This document shows, piece after piece, positions 8,289 to 18,639 of a DNA stretch of 47,149 nt. Each line of letters begins with the position of its first letter. The stretch's first letter is position 1. The stretch is from Candidatus Bathyarchaeota archaeon (lineage in GTDB: Archaea; Thermoproteota; Bathyarchaeia; Bathyarchaeales; Bathyarchaeaceae): positions 1 through 47,149 of the forward strand of contig JAOUKN010000002.1 in the NCBI GenBank assembly GCA_029882515.1, read 5' to 3'. The notes under the pieces were generated by a model. It searched no databases, was not told the DNA's origin, and was given only the letters and a program-made list of their open reading frames with translations. The position numbers and the translations under genes were made by a program.

Positions 8289-9628
8289 ATGAATCAGCCC
8301 AACAAGGAACACCACAAACTAGCAACCACTGGTCCCACAGGCATGTTGGCATTTACCATCATCTGGATTGGTCAAGTAATTTCCCTCCTAGGCACAGCTA
8401 TGACAGGATTCGCGCTCACAATCTGGGCGTGGGAAATCACTGGAGAGGCCACAGCCTTAGCATTGGTTGGATTCTTTACCTTTGCGCCAACTTTGCTGAC
8501 CAGTCCCTTCGCAGGGGCACTGGTGGATCGCTGGAGCCGCAAATTCGTCATGATGCTCAGCGATCTCGCTGCGGTTTCATCAACAGTAGTTGTGTTACTA
8601 CTGTATTCAACCGGAAACCTGCAGATTTGGCATCTCTACCTAACAGGAGCGTTTGCCGGTGCTTTTGGAGCTTTCCAATTCCCAGCATACTCTGCAGCCG
8701 TGACTACATGGTATCCAAGAGACAGTACGGTCGCACAAGTGGCATGCTCTCTGCAGCTCAATTTGCTTCCAACATCTTCGGTCCAGCACTTGCTGTAATC
8801 TTCTTGAGCATAATCGGCATTACCGGCATCTTGACAATTGACATCATCACTTTCTTCGTCGCCATTGGCGCATTGCTTTTCGTTCATGTGCCTCAACCCG
8901 TGATTACTGCAGAAGGACAGAAGAGCCGCGGTAGTCTTTGGAAAGAGTCAGCTTATGGGTTCCCGTATATCTTCAAGCGACGAGGTCTACTCGGTCTGTT
9001 ACTAGTTTTCTTCGGGATCAATCTTGTTGCCACCTTCGCCTTTACACTGTTGGCACCTATGATTCTCGCCCGAACCGGAAACGATGAAACTGCGCTAGGG
9101 ATTGTCCAGTCGGCTATCGGAGTTGGTGGAGTGGTAGGTAGCATAGTACTCAGTATTTGGGGTGGTCCAAAGCGAAGGATACATGGTGTTTTAAGTGGAT
9201 TAGTACTTGTCATGCTGGGTGTTCTATTCATAGGCTTTGGACGTAATCCTTATGTCTGGGCGTTGGCCGCCTTTTTCACAATGTTTTTTATTCCAATCGT
9301 CCAGGGATCGAGTAATGCTATCTGGCAGGCCAAGGTTGCTCCAGACGTGCAAGGGCGGGTATTTGCAACCCGTGGAATAATTGCAACTATCAGTCGGCCT
9401 GTGGCGTTATTAGTGCTTGGTCCTCTGGCCGATCGTGTCTTCGAGCCAGCCATGATGCCGGGTGGCAGTCTGGTACCCGCACTCAGTTGGTTAGTCGGTA
9501 CTGGTCCAGGTGCTGGCATGGCGCTGATGTTTATCATCTCTGGATGTTTGGGGATGTTAGTAGGCCTAGGGGGCTACATCTTCCGTGTTGTGCGGAACGT
9601 TGAAGATATTTTGCCTGATCATACGTAA
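8289..9628 (+). pseudogene. MFS transporter (MFS_3/EntS-like) interrupted by a 1-nt frameshift near 8706-8708
   Basis: The N-terminal 139 aa read in the frame starting at 8289 (...FQFPAYSAAVTT). The family-typical continuation MVSKRQYGRTSGMLSAAQ... reads in the frame of ORF 8162..9628, from ATG 8708. One base appears to be missing. Confidence 0.7.
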
Positions 9629-9835
9629 CAAGTTACATCGCTTGCTGAAACTCAAGTCCAATAAACCTATGTGTACGAAATTTCTATCGCATTTCAGCCA
9701 TGCATCTTCTGAACATCCCCATGCCGAAAGAAAGCAAGGGGAGCGAGGCATGCACAACACGCTATGCTGAACAAGTGAGATTGGCGATCTCTCAGAAGTT
9801 TACGAGCTTAATATCATAGACACCGTACATGCGTA

Positions 9836-11230
9836 TTATCCAACGATTGAAAAGCCATCAAAGATCAAGGTGGGGGTTTCAACAGCGAAAATAGTTTTTT
9901 CCAAATCGTCTCCAACAGCTAGTAATTGTCTAAGCCCTGCATAGAAATTGCCCGAGACCGAGACTGGCTGGAGTGGAAACTTCTTCTCACCCTTTTCAAC
10001 TAGGAAGACGCTTTGAGCAACTGCTGAAAATTCTCCTGTCGCTACATTGCTATGGAATATCCCTATAGGAGTATCAACTATCAAAATAGCCTGTCCATCG
10101 ATTGAGGCAATCAGATCATCTAAACTCTTCCGCCCAGGTTCGACTTCCATGTTTTTAGGAAGGATCGAAGGCGAGGTTTCATAGGGGAGGGTAGAGCCAA
10201 AAGGTCGGCTGTGGCGTGCGCAATTACCTGTTGATTCGCTGCCATAAATGTGCGCATAGTACGTGTCAAAAACAAATTGGCTAAGCTCACCTTTTGCTAT
10301 AAGAGTAGTCTTCTGCTGCGGGTGCCCTTCCGCGTCGATAGCATCCGTGTTTACGCCCGATGGGCTCTGTCCATTGTCCGTAATCGTCAGTTTTGGGTTG
10401 CCAACTTCTTTTCCAAGTTTGTCGGCAATAGGTGAGCGCCCTTCAACTACATGCTCACCACTTGCGGCTTGTCCCAGGCCTGCAACAACATAAGCAGCAG
10501 CAGCTACAGGACTCCAGATCGTTGGCAAAACCGTTGTCTTGTTGAGTTTCTGTGCACCCAGTAGATTGACGGCTTTCCGTGCAGCTTCCACCCCCACACC
10601 ACTAGTCTTGATTAGACGTTCGCGGGTGACGTCGGCTTCCCAAGCTGTTCTGCGCTCCTCTCCCGCGACCGCAATGCAGTAGACTTCACAGCGGTTTATG
10701 GCTGATCTCGAGGCTTGTTGGAGCCCGAGCGTGTTTCCCACAGCGAATCCACCCCATTCTGCGGCGCATTCACTTCCTACCGTGTGTATTCTTTTGTCAA
10801 AGTCTTGGGCCTCTTTGACCATACCGTTAGCGATCTCGATGAGTTCTTCTTTACCTAAATTCAATATTTTATCTGTAAATGCTCCTTCCTTTCCTGGTTT
10901 TTTAGGTTCACAGAAACGTTTGAATCGTGTGTCTTTGATGGAGACTGATCTTAGACTGGCTACCGCTTCATTGACGCTCCTCTTTATCCTCTCAATTGAA
11001 ATTCCACTGGATGAGGCGAAACTGAGTCGGTTCTGCTTGGCAACGCGCACCGCGTTTCCTTCGACAATTCCATCGGCGGCATCAACCACTCCTTGCGTGA
11101 TGTTCACTAAAGTTCTTTGCTGATAAAACAAGTATAGTTCGAATTCTGCGTTCCTATCGACGGTTGAAGCATATTTCAGACCCATATCAACATTGGAAAG
11201 TAAAGCGTTCTTCAAGTTCTCATATTCCAT
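9836..11230 (-). CDS. pmbA: PmbA/TldE family metalloprotease component
   Basis: 464-aa ORF directly downstream of tldD. It has the TldD/PmbA-family layout but lacks the HExxxH motif, as PmbA/TldE does. Confidence 0.8.
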   Translation of the reverse strand: MEYENLKNALLSNVDMGLKYASTVDRNAEFELYLFYQQRTLVNITQGVVDAADGIVEGNAVRVAKQNRLSFASSSGISIERIKRSVNEAVASLRSVSIKDTRFKRFCEPKKPGKEGAFTDKILNLGKEELIEIANGMVKEAQDFDKRIHTVGSECAAEWGGFAVGNTLGLQQASRSAINRCEVYCIAVAGEERRTAWEADVTRERLIKTSGVGVEAARKAVNLLGAQKLNKTTVLPTIWSPVAAAAYVVAGLGQAASGEHVVEGRSPIADKLGKEVGNPKLTITDNGQSPSGVNTDAIDAEGHPQQKTTLIAKGELSQFVFDTYYAHIYGSESTGNCARHSRPFGSTLPYETSPSILPKNMEVEPGRKSLDDLIASIDGQAILIVDTPIGIFHSNVATGEFSAVAQSVFLVEKGEKKFPLQPVSVSGNFYAGLRQLLAVGDDLEKTIFAVETPTLIFDGFSIVG

Positions 11231-11250
11231 AATTACTACACCTTCCTCCT

Positions 11251-12690
11251 TTAGCTTGCCTTACCTCCAAACCTAACTTCGCCAATCACCAATTCTGGGC
11301 CACCCAATCCACAAGGCAAGGGAGCTTGACCACTTTTTCCACACCCTCCAAAGTATCCCGCGTGTATGCTAAGATCTCGGGTTGCGCCTTCTACTTTGGA
11401 TAAAAGATCAAGAATGTTGCCCGATAGAGATACTTCACGGAGAGGCTCTTTGATTTTTCCATTTTGCACCCAATAGCCTCGTATCGCCTTGAACAGAAAG
11501 CTTCCATCGCCTTCAACCTGACCGCCTAAAGTCTGAATTGCATAGACCCCAGTATTCAACAATTCCAGAGCCTCTTCCTTGGTGAGGTCTCCTGGAGCGA
11601 AGTAAGTGTTTGTCATTCTTGGTATTGGCACAAAACCAAAATGCACTGCTCTACAGTTTCCCGTCGGTTCCTGATGCAGATGGTGGGCGGTTCCTCTGCT
11701 GTGTAGATAATGTTTGAGTATTCCAGCGTCCAGAATAGTGGTTTCGTTTGCTTTCACACCTTGATCATCGTACGGTAACCACAAGCCACCAAGTTCCGAA
11801 ATGTTTGGAGTTCCATAATCAATAATCGTAGCATGTTCAGTGCCGAGTCTTGCCCCTATTTTCCCAGCTAAAGGAGAACCACCGACAACCACAAAATCAC
11901 CTTCACTGAGGTGCCCAAAGGATTCATGCGCCAGAACACCTGCGAGTCTGTTCTCTATGAGCGCCCTGAAGACACCAGCCGGGCAGGGTCTCGCTTTCAA
12001 TTGTTCTTTTGCGTGTGCCCCTGCTTCATTCCCAATGTCTTCTGGAGTTGAACCTTCAGTGTTGAAATGCTCCAGACCCACTGTTCCGCCAGCTCGACCA
12101 GCCCCATTCACAAGATCTCCTGATGCTGTCTTAGAAGTAACACGGCATTGTAGATCGACTATTTCGAAATTCCAATCAACCACCGAGCCTTCACTGTTTG
12201 TGAAGAGTTTGCGTCCATGAAGCTCTCCATATAGTCCCATAATGTTAGTGATGTTTTTGCCAGATTCTTGGGCCTTTTCAACCGTCCTATTAACCAATTC
12301 GGTCTTGTATCCCAGATTTTCAGCTTGAGGGTGAATCTTGACTTGAAATGTGTCAGCCCTTTGACTCTTGACTGATGGCTTTCTGTCAAAATCTAGCTTT
12401 AGCGAAACTGCCCTAGCAGAGGCTTTAGCCATCTTGAATGCTTTATTAACTGTTTGCTCTAATTCTTCATGATCATCACTGCTTGTGAAGGAGTATCCCG
12501 AGGCTCCACCATAATAACATACAACACCGACTCCAGCACGGGATCGTAGTATTATGTCCTTCCACGTGCCATTTACGCGGTAAAGTGTTCTCAGAGTGAG
12601 GTCATCAAACCTTGCTTCAACAAAACCAGCGCCCAGCTTCTCTCCCAGTTCCACACACTTCTGTAATTTTCCTAACATACAACCCCTCAT
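11251..12690 (-). CDS. tldD: TldD family zinc metalloprotease
   Basis: 479-aa ORF with an HExxxH motif (LAHESFGHLSEGD) and the conserved C-terminal GGxxxxG/CGK region (GYFGGCGKSGQ). Confidence 0.85.
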   Translation of the reverse strand: MRGCMLGKLQKCVELGEKLGAGFVEARFDDLTLRTLYRVNGTWKDIILRSRAGVGVVCYYGGASGYSFTSSDDHEELEQTVNKAFKMAKASARAVSLKLDFDRKPSVKSQRADTFQVKIHPQAENLGYKTELVNRTVEKAQESGKNITNIMGLYGELHGRKLFTNSEGSVVDWNFEIVDLQCRVTSKTASGDLVNGAGRAGGTVGLEHFNTEGSTPEDIGNEAGAHAKEQLKARPCPAGVFRALIENRLAGVLAHESFGHLSEGDFVVVGGSPLAGKIGARLGTEHATIIDYGTPNISELGGLWLPYDDQGVKANETTILDAGILKHYLHSRGTAHHLHQEPTGNCRAVHFGFVPIPRMTNTYFAPGDLTKEEALELLNTGVYAIQTLGGQVEGDGSFLFKAIRGYWVQNGKIKEPLREVSLSGNILDLLSKVEGATRDLSIHAGYFGGCGKSGQAPLPCGLGGPELVIGEVRFGGKAS

Positions 12691-13082
12691 AGATTTAGCA
12701 ATGTTGAATCAGATAATGAGCCATCACATTATATATGTGCTGTGCATCGTGTTTGAGACGTGAGCAGATCCATCCGCACGACGCCTTCTGTAATGCTGAT
12801 TTTCCCTTCACGTCTTTGTCTATCATCCTATTCCATCCCATTTCTTATCACCAGTTAGACATCACCAATGGTCACAATAGTTAACGATTCTGGGGAAAAG
12901 TGATCAGCTCGTTGATCATTCAATGATCTCACTCTTTGTCCCAAACAGGAATGCCTGAGTTAGTTGTGGGATGAGCGAGCACTTGAACGAAATAGACATG
13001 CACTTGCACAGGTACCAGACGTCTAGTAGGGTGCCTTTGAGTGAATCTAGAACTTGGTTTGATGCTAAAATCCATGCGCTTA

Positions 13083-14054
13083 TTATGACAGTAGTTTGCT
13101 CACTAGAAGCACAAGACACATGAAGACAATTGTTTGGGTCACCAAGGTGATCCACTGCGGATTGTGTGCAGACAAATTTTCGATCTCTTGTGCGATAGAA
13201 CTCTGATTTTCTGAGGATGCGTGTCTTTTGGAAAGATGGTAAAGGGTCTTGTATTTTTGCAGTACAAAACCGTAGGTAACTGCCATAGCAAGCAGAAAAC
13301 CTACTAATATCGGGTGAGATGCATATGCCAGTTTTAGGAATAAACCTGCTCCACAGAGGAAACCTCCCAAACTCAATAACACCATACTGAAGAATGAAGC
13401 CTTGACCAAGCCAAGCCGCACTGTCATAGTTTTGATGCCTAATGCCTTGTCTCCAAAGTAATCCCGGATTTCAGCTGGCACAATTACGCTATAAACCGTC
13501 AAAGCCTGCCCTGAAAGGAAAATGAGGAACAAAGGCTCCAATTCAGATGTGAAGGTGTGAAACACAAATGTTACCGGTAGAATGCTAAGGACAATAAGTA
13601 GTGTGATTACAGCAAGCCATGATCTGGACTTCAACCTAAGGGGTGGAGCAGAATAGGCGTAAGCCAAGAAAACGGCTGCCATCCACATAAATATTGAAGC
13701 AAGTTTTCCCTGAATTCGAAACAACATTGCTATGAAAACCAAACTCAGCAGAACTTCGACAACTATAAACAATTTGAGCTTGCCTCTTCCTAGGTGGCTC
13801 ATGGCTTTAACGAGTTCCTTTTTCCGGCTGTCTCGTGAGTCCAATTCGTAATCGGATATTGTGTTCACTTGGGCCGCTACAGCAGAAACAAGTGTGATTA
13901 TAGTGAAGACTAAAGTTGCTGGAATTCCCAAATCCCAAACGACATCCAAGGGCGGAACAATGCCCCATGAGAGCCCAATAATGAGCGAAGCCGAATTCGC
14001 CGGAAGAAACTCTGGTCTGGAAACAGTAACAAGTAATCTTGCAGTCTTAGACAT
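13083..14054 (-). CDS. UbiA family prenyltransferase (polytopic membrane protein)
   Basis: The ORF track extends to 14153. I prefer Met at 14054 (MSKTARLLVTVSRPEF...). It has the NxxxDxxxD motif (NTISDYELD) and multiple TM helices. Confidence 0.75.
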   Translation of the reverse strand: MSKTARLLVTVSRPEFLPANSASLIIGLSWGIVPPLDVVWDLGIPATLVFTIITLVSAVAAQVNTISDYELDSRDSRKKELVKAMSHLGRGKLKLFIVVEVLLSLVFIAMLFRIQGKLASIFMWMAAVFLAYAYSAPPLRLKSRSWLAVITLLIVLSILPVTFVFHTFTSELEPLFLIFLSGQALTVYSVIVPAEIRDYFGDKALGIKTMTVRLGLVKASFFSMVLLSLGGFLCGAGLFLKLAYASHPILVGFLLAMAVTYGFVLQKYKTLYHLSKRHASSENQSSIAQEIENLSAHNPQWITLVTQTIVFMCLVLLVSKLLS

Positions 14055-14475
14055 TACTGGATTCCTCTTGAAGCCAATAAGCTTGAATAAAGCTATATAA
14101 ACGATGACAGTGGCGATTGCTCGGAAAGAACAGCTACCCGTGTAGAATGGCAATCTTTTTTAATAAGTATACGTGCATGCATGGGATACACCACAAAAGC
14201 GGAGGTCCAAATTTGGCTAAAAAAAGCAAGAAAGAGAAAGCTGCAGGTCGAGAACAGCATAGACAATTGCAGAGATCTAAGAAAATGAAGAAGAAACAAA
14301 AGAAGAATACTGAGCTTCCTCAAAGACATAAGAAAAAAAAGTGATAGTCTTTTACTAAAAAGCATATCTATCTGACCATATCATGTGGCAGAATAGTTCT
14401 GTAGTCCGTCAACTGCAAACGGAATAAAACATATAATTCCTTACTTCTATTATTTTGGCAGTGATCAAATTGGGT

Positions 14476-14565
14476 ATGGGAAAAGGGTCTAAAAAGAAAC
14501 CAATGACCAAGAAGGAAAGAGCAGAGAAAAGAAAAAAGCGCAAGGAGAAACGCTCAAAGCAATAG
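14476..14565 (+). CDS. Possible 29-aa Lys/Arg-rich micro-protein
   Basis: Hand-translated: MGKGSKKKPMTKKERAEKRKKRKEKRSKQ. There is no SD. An AT-rich TATA-like stretch about 25 nt upstream would fit a leaderless transcript. It could equally be chance in A-rich DNA. Confidence 0.2.
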   Translation: MGKGSKKKPMTKKERAEKRKKRKEKRSKQ

Positions 14566-14623
14566 CGAAACGATATTTTCTTCTTTTACACACGTGTGAA
14601 GTGTTGGTACGGGAGAAGTTGCC

Positions 14624-14902
14624 TTGAAGATTCTTCTTGACGAAATGTACACAGGCCTTAAAGAATATTTTCAGACGTTGGGGTGGGATGTCCTAACCGT
14701 CCAAGATGTCGGATTGAAGGGAGCAGAAGATAGAAAAGTCATAGAGTACGCTGAGAAGAGCGGCGTATTAATAGTGACTCAAGATCAAAAACCTGCAGAT
14801 CTTGCTGATCTTAGAGGAGTTCCATATGTGTTGATCTCTAAGAAAATGATTGCCAAGATGGCTGATGCCCAGATTAGAGAAAAATACCCAGATGTCAGAT
14901 AA
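14624..14902 (+). CDS. DUF5615 / Mut7-C-like PIN-like domain protein (putative toxin-like nuclease)
   Basis: 92-aa ORF with a TTG start. The sequence MKILLDEMYTGLKEYF ... RKVIEYAEKSGVLIVTQDQ is typical of the DUF5615 family as I remember it. Confidence 0.65.
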   Translation: MKILLDEMYTGLKEYFQTLGWDVLTVQDVGLKGAEDRKVIEYAEKSGVLIVTQDQKPADLADLRGVPYVLISKKMIAKMADAQIREKYPDVR

Positions 14903-15024
14903 TCGTTGAATTTGCAGAACGTATGTGTGCGCCAATAAGTTATGATTTTGATAAGATCGTTTCCTAGTCAATGGAACCGTAAATCGAAAAAGTTTACTTC
15001 AACATACGCGTTCATGTCTTCCAT

Positions 15025-15102
15025 GGGCCGGTAGTTCAGTCTGGAACGAATGCCTGACTTGCACTCAGGAGGCCGCGGGTTCAAATCCCGCCCGGTCCAC
15101 CA
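15025..15102 (+). tRNA. tRNA-Ala (anticodon UGC) with encoded CCA
   Basis: Hand-folded cloverleaf. Acceptor GGGCCGG/CCGGTCC includes the G3:U70 alanine identity pair. Anticodon arm CCTGA-CTTGCAC-TCAGG, T-arm GCGGG-TTCAAAT-CCCGC, discriminator A, then CCA. Confidence 0.9.
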
Positions 15103-15261
15103 TCGTAAACTCCACATTTGTCCCAAGCAACTAAGCAGACGCGTAGCTTCAATTTTTAAAAGTATGCGCGCGACTCGTCTTTATAAAAGACTAAATATGT
15201 GAATAGGTCTAATTTCTTTGACAAACACCTAACCTGAGACACTATTGCACAGTAGAGTCGA

Positions 15262-17553
15262 TTGCAGTTGCATGCCGAAATCAAAGTCAGTGGAATTGTA
15301 CAAGGCGTGGGTTTTCGACCTTTTGTCTATCGTGTGGCTGTAGAAAACGCTTTGACGGGCTATGTGCGAAATCGGGGAGACGCTATTGTTGAAATAGTAG
15401 TAGAAGGTAAAGAAAATAACATCAAGCGCTTTCTTAGCGATCTGAAGAGAAGAAAACCGCCTCTTGCCAAGATATACAATATCGCAACCAAATACACGGG
15501 CAACCAGAGTGGATTCGAGAACTTCACGATAGAAGCCAGTTCCAAGAACGCCGAACTTTCAGGTTCGGTCATTCCACCAGACGTTTCGATCTGCAACGAA
15601 TGCTTGAAGGAACTTCGAGATCCTAGGGACAAAAGGCACAACTATTTCTTCATAACTTGTACAAATTGTGGTCCAAGATTTACAACAATTAGAGATCTCC
15701 CATACGACCGTTTTAACACGACTATGACGAAGTTTCCAATGTGTGACTTCTGTTCAAAAGAATATCGTGATCCACTTAACCGCAGGTTTCATGCCCAAAC
15801 AGTCGCATGTAGTCAATGTGGCCCAAAAGTTTATCTCGCCACAAGAACCGGCGCACTCTTAGACTATAACGACCCAATTGGAGAGGCTAGCAAGCTCCTT
15901 GAAGAAGGCCACATTGTGGCAATAAAAGGGAATGGCGGCTTCCACGTTGCAACTGCCACCACCCAATCAGAACCAATAGAAAGATTACGAAACGTGAAAT
16001 ACAGAACCCAGAAACCCTTTGCAATCATGGCCAGAGATCTTCAAACTGTCAAGTCGTTCTCTGAAGTGAATCAGGACGAAGCTAAACTGCTTACTTCTTA
16101 CTTGAAGCCTATCGTTTTGTTGAAGAAGCGAGATGACTATTACCTCTCAGAACTAATTTCTCCTGGCCTCCATAACGTTGGAGTGATGCTTCCCTATACC
16201 GGTTCACATGTGATGCTATTTGACAGAGTGAAAGAACCAGCTTTCGTGATGACCAGTGCCAACCCTCCTAACGAACCCATAGTTACAGAAAACGATGAAG
16301 CCATAAAGAAACTTGGATCAATAGTCGATTTCTTCCTATTTCATAACAGACCTATTGCCCAAAGATGTGACGACTCAGTCGTTCGACTTCATGGCAAAAA
16401 CCCAAGTATGATTCGTCGATCGCGAGGATATGCTCCAGCACCTATTCATCTCCAGTACTCAGTAGACAAATGTGTTTTGGGCGTTGGTGCCGAAGAAAAT
16501 GTAACTTCCTGTGTATTGCTAGGAGACAAAGCATTCATTTCTCAGTTTATTGGAGACGTAGAAAATGTTGAAACACTCGAGTTCCTGAAAGAATCCATCA
16601 ACCACTTACTCAAACTACTCAACAGCAAAGTCGACATCATAGCTTGTGATTTGCATCCAAAATTTGCTACTACAAAAATGGCTAGTGATCTTGGAAACGA
16701 ACTTCAGCGTCCAGTTGTTCCAGTTCAACACCACCATGCTCACCTAGCGGCCCTCATGGGTGAACACAATCTCAGCGAAATTATTGCCGTAATCTGCGAT
16801 GGCTTTGGTTACGGCTCAGATGGAACTGCCTGGGGTGGAGAAATCTTGTATGGGGATCGTCATGGAGTCCAACGTCTAGGTCATCTTCAAGAGCAACCTA
16901 TGGCTGGAGGTGACTTGGCGACGCTGTATCCGTTGCGAATGGCCGCTGGAATACTCTACAAGTCTGCAAATGTCGAAGAGTGGGTATTAGCTCACAGCCA
17001 CCATTTTCCTCATGGCAAAAGGGAAGTTGAGATTCTCATGAGACAGCTGGAAAGAGGCGTGATACCCAAGACTACAAGTTGCGGAAGGATCTTAGATGCG
17101 GTCTCAGCTATACTGGATATATGTTATGAACGTACCTATGAAGGTGAACCTGCCATGAAGTTGGAGTCAGCTGCCCTTGGAGGGCGAGATGTTTTGAACT
17201 TGCAGCCTAAGATTGATGGAAATATAATCAACACAACCTCTATGGTTGAGGGAGTGTTTCGGCAGAGAGGCAAACACCCTGTTGCTGATCTAGCCCATTC
17301 TGCTCAAGCTTACATCGCTAGGAGTCTTGCTCAACTTGCCATAGAGAAGGCAGAACAACTGAACATTACGACAATAGGTTTCTCCGGGGGGGTTGCATAT
17401 AACGAAGAAATAACATTAACCATCAAGCGACTGGTTGAAGAAAATGGGTTCATATTTGTTGTTCACCGTATGCTCCCCCCTGGAGATGGTGGAATATCTT
17501 TCGGTCAAGCAATGACGGCTAGCTTCCAAGCCCAAAAAAAGGGCAGGGGATAA
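15262..17553 (+). CDS. hypF: [NiFe]-hydrogenase maturation carbamoyltransferase HypF
   Basis: 763 aa. It has an acylphosphatase-like N-terminus (GIVQGVGFRPFVYR), two CxxC-x18-CxxC zinc-finger motifs, a YrdC-like middle region and a Kae1-like C-terminus. Confidence 0.95.
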   Translation: MQLHAEIKVSGIVQGVGFRPFVYRVAVENALTGYVRNRGDAIVEIVVEGKENNIKRFLSDLKRRKPPLAKIYNIATKYTGNQSGFENFTIEASSKNAELSGSVIPPDVSICNECLKELRDPRDKRHNYFFITCTNCGPRFTTIRDLPYDRFNTTMTKFPMCDFCSKEYRDPLNRRFHAQTVACSQCGPKVYLATRTGALLDYNDPIGEASKLLEEGHIVAIKGNGGFHVATATTQSEPIERLRNVKYRTQKPFAIMARDLQTVKSFSEVNQDEAKLLTSYLKPIVLLKKRDDYYLSELISPGLHNVGVMLPYTGSHVMLFDRVKEPAFVMTSANPPNEPIVTENDEAIKKLGSIVDFFLFHNRPIAQRCDDSVVRLHGKNPSMIRRSRGYAPAPIHLQYSVDKCVLGVGAEENVTSCVLLGDKAFISQFIGDVENVETLEFLKESINHLLKLLNSKVDIIACDLHPKFATTKMASDLGNELQRPVVPVQHHHAHLAALMGEHNLSEIIAVICDGFGYGSDGTAWGGEILYGDRHGVQRLGHLQEQPMAGGDLATLYPLRMAAGILYKSANVEEWVLAHSHHFPHGKREVEILMRQLERGVIPKTTSCGRILDAVSAILDICYERTYEGEPAMKLESAALGGRDVLNLQPKIDGNIINTTSMVEGVFRQRGKHPVADLAHSAQAYIARSLAQLAIEKAEQLNITTIGFSGGVAYNEEITLTIKRLVEENGFIFVVHRMLPPGDGGISFGQAMTASFQAQKKGRG

Positions 17554-17557
17554 GAAT

Positions 17558-18343
17558 GTGCACATAAGAAAAGTCATCTCGGCGAACCAGCTAAGGGCTT
17601 GTAGAAGATTCCTCGTACAGGATCCGATTGCCAATGTTTTGCCGCTAGGTGACCTCTATACGCCGCTTCTTCAAGTCAGCGATGTCTACAGTGCTGTCAA
17701 GGGCAATCAAGTTGTTGGTGTATGTGCCATCTACCGTGCATACCCGATGCCGAGTATAGTCTTCGGAGCAGCCGAGTCAGAGGTTAAGCAACATCTTGTT
17801 CAGAAAGCAGTAAGTGAAGTTTCAAGTGAATTCATTTCGCTCTGTCAACCAAATGACGCCATCTTTTTCAAAGAACATTCACCCATTCTACACTCTCACT
17901 CAGAGTACCAGATGGTCGCAGATCCTCCAAGAAATATCGACTGTGGTCATGTTAAAGTTGAGAAAGTTGGCAGAGATGATTTAGAACTGCTAAGCAAATT
18001 CTACGCTAATCATCAAGCTGAAGCATGGGTTCCAATACAGTTTGAAGCTGGACCATACTACTGTGTAAAACACGATAGCAAAATAGTTAGCGCCGCTGGG
18101 GTTCATCTGGTCACGCCTCGAATTGCACAGCTTGGGAACATCGTCACAGATGAAGCTTATCGAAATCGAGACTTCGCAACGGCATGCACAAATATTTTAG
18201 CAGCAGATTTGGCTTCCAAAGGGCGAACTGTCAGTTTGTTCGTGAGAATGGATAACACCCCTGCCATTCACATATATGAAAAGTTGGGATTTTCCAAAGC
18301 ACGGAAGATCGCATTTCTAGTCATGCGAAAGAGCGGGGCATAA
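17558..18343 (+). CDS. GNAT family N-acetyltransferase-like protein
   Basis: 261 aa. The C-terminal half has an acetyl-CoA-binding-like pattern (LGNIVTDEAYRNRDFATACTNILAADL ... NTPAIHIYEKLGF). It starts 4 nt after the hypF stop. Confidence 0.7.
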   Translation: MHIRKVISANQLRACRRFLVQDPIANVLPLGDLYTPLLQVSDVYSAVKGNQVVGVCAIYRAYPMPSIVFGAAESEVKQHLVQKAVSEVSSEFISLCQPNDAIFFKEHSPILHSHSEYQMVADPPRNIDCGHVKVEKVGRDDLELLSKFYANHQAEAWVPIQFEAGPYYCVKHDSKIVSAAGVHLVTPRIAQLGNIVTDEAYRNRDFATACTNILAADLASKGRTVSLFVRMDNTPAIHIYEKLGFSKARKIAFLVMRKSGA

Positions 18344-18390
18344 TGCGTAATGAATTTATTCCTGATGCTTCGTCTTTTAGATGATGTACA

Positions 18391-18636
18391 ATGTGTCTTG
18401 CGATTCCAGCAAAAATCATCGAAGTGCAAGGCGATGTTGCCAAAGTTGATTTTGGCGAAGGCGTTCTTCGAGACGTAAACGTCATGCTTGTAGACGCCAA
18501 AATCGGGAAATATGTTCTGGTTCATGCTGGATACGCAATTCAGGTTATTGACAGAAAGGCTGCTGAAGAAACCCTCCAACTCTGGAATGAGATTCTTAAA
18601 TATGAAGAAACTTCTACGGATGCATTTCAATCATAG
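18391..18636 (+). CDS. hypC: Hydrogenase maturation chaperone HypC/HupF
   Basis: 81 aa starting MCLAIPAKIIEV, the canonical HypC N-terminal Cys2 motif. Confidence 0.9.
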   Translation: MCLAIPAKIIEVQGDVAKVDFGEGVLRDVNVMLVDAKIGKYVLVHAGYAIQVIDRKAAEETLQLWNEILKYEETSTDAFQS

Positions 18637-18639
18637 GAA

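Noticed and set aside
12916-13155. A Cys-containing 79-aa ORF upstream of tldD, considered as a possible TldD/PmbA-processed peptide precursor (RiPP-like).
   Set aside because: It begins inside the 3' end of the UbiA gene in another frame. It has no RBS or promoter signal that I can see and no leader/core-like organisation. Archaeal TldD/PmbA pairs are common housekeeping genes.
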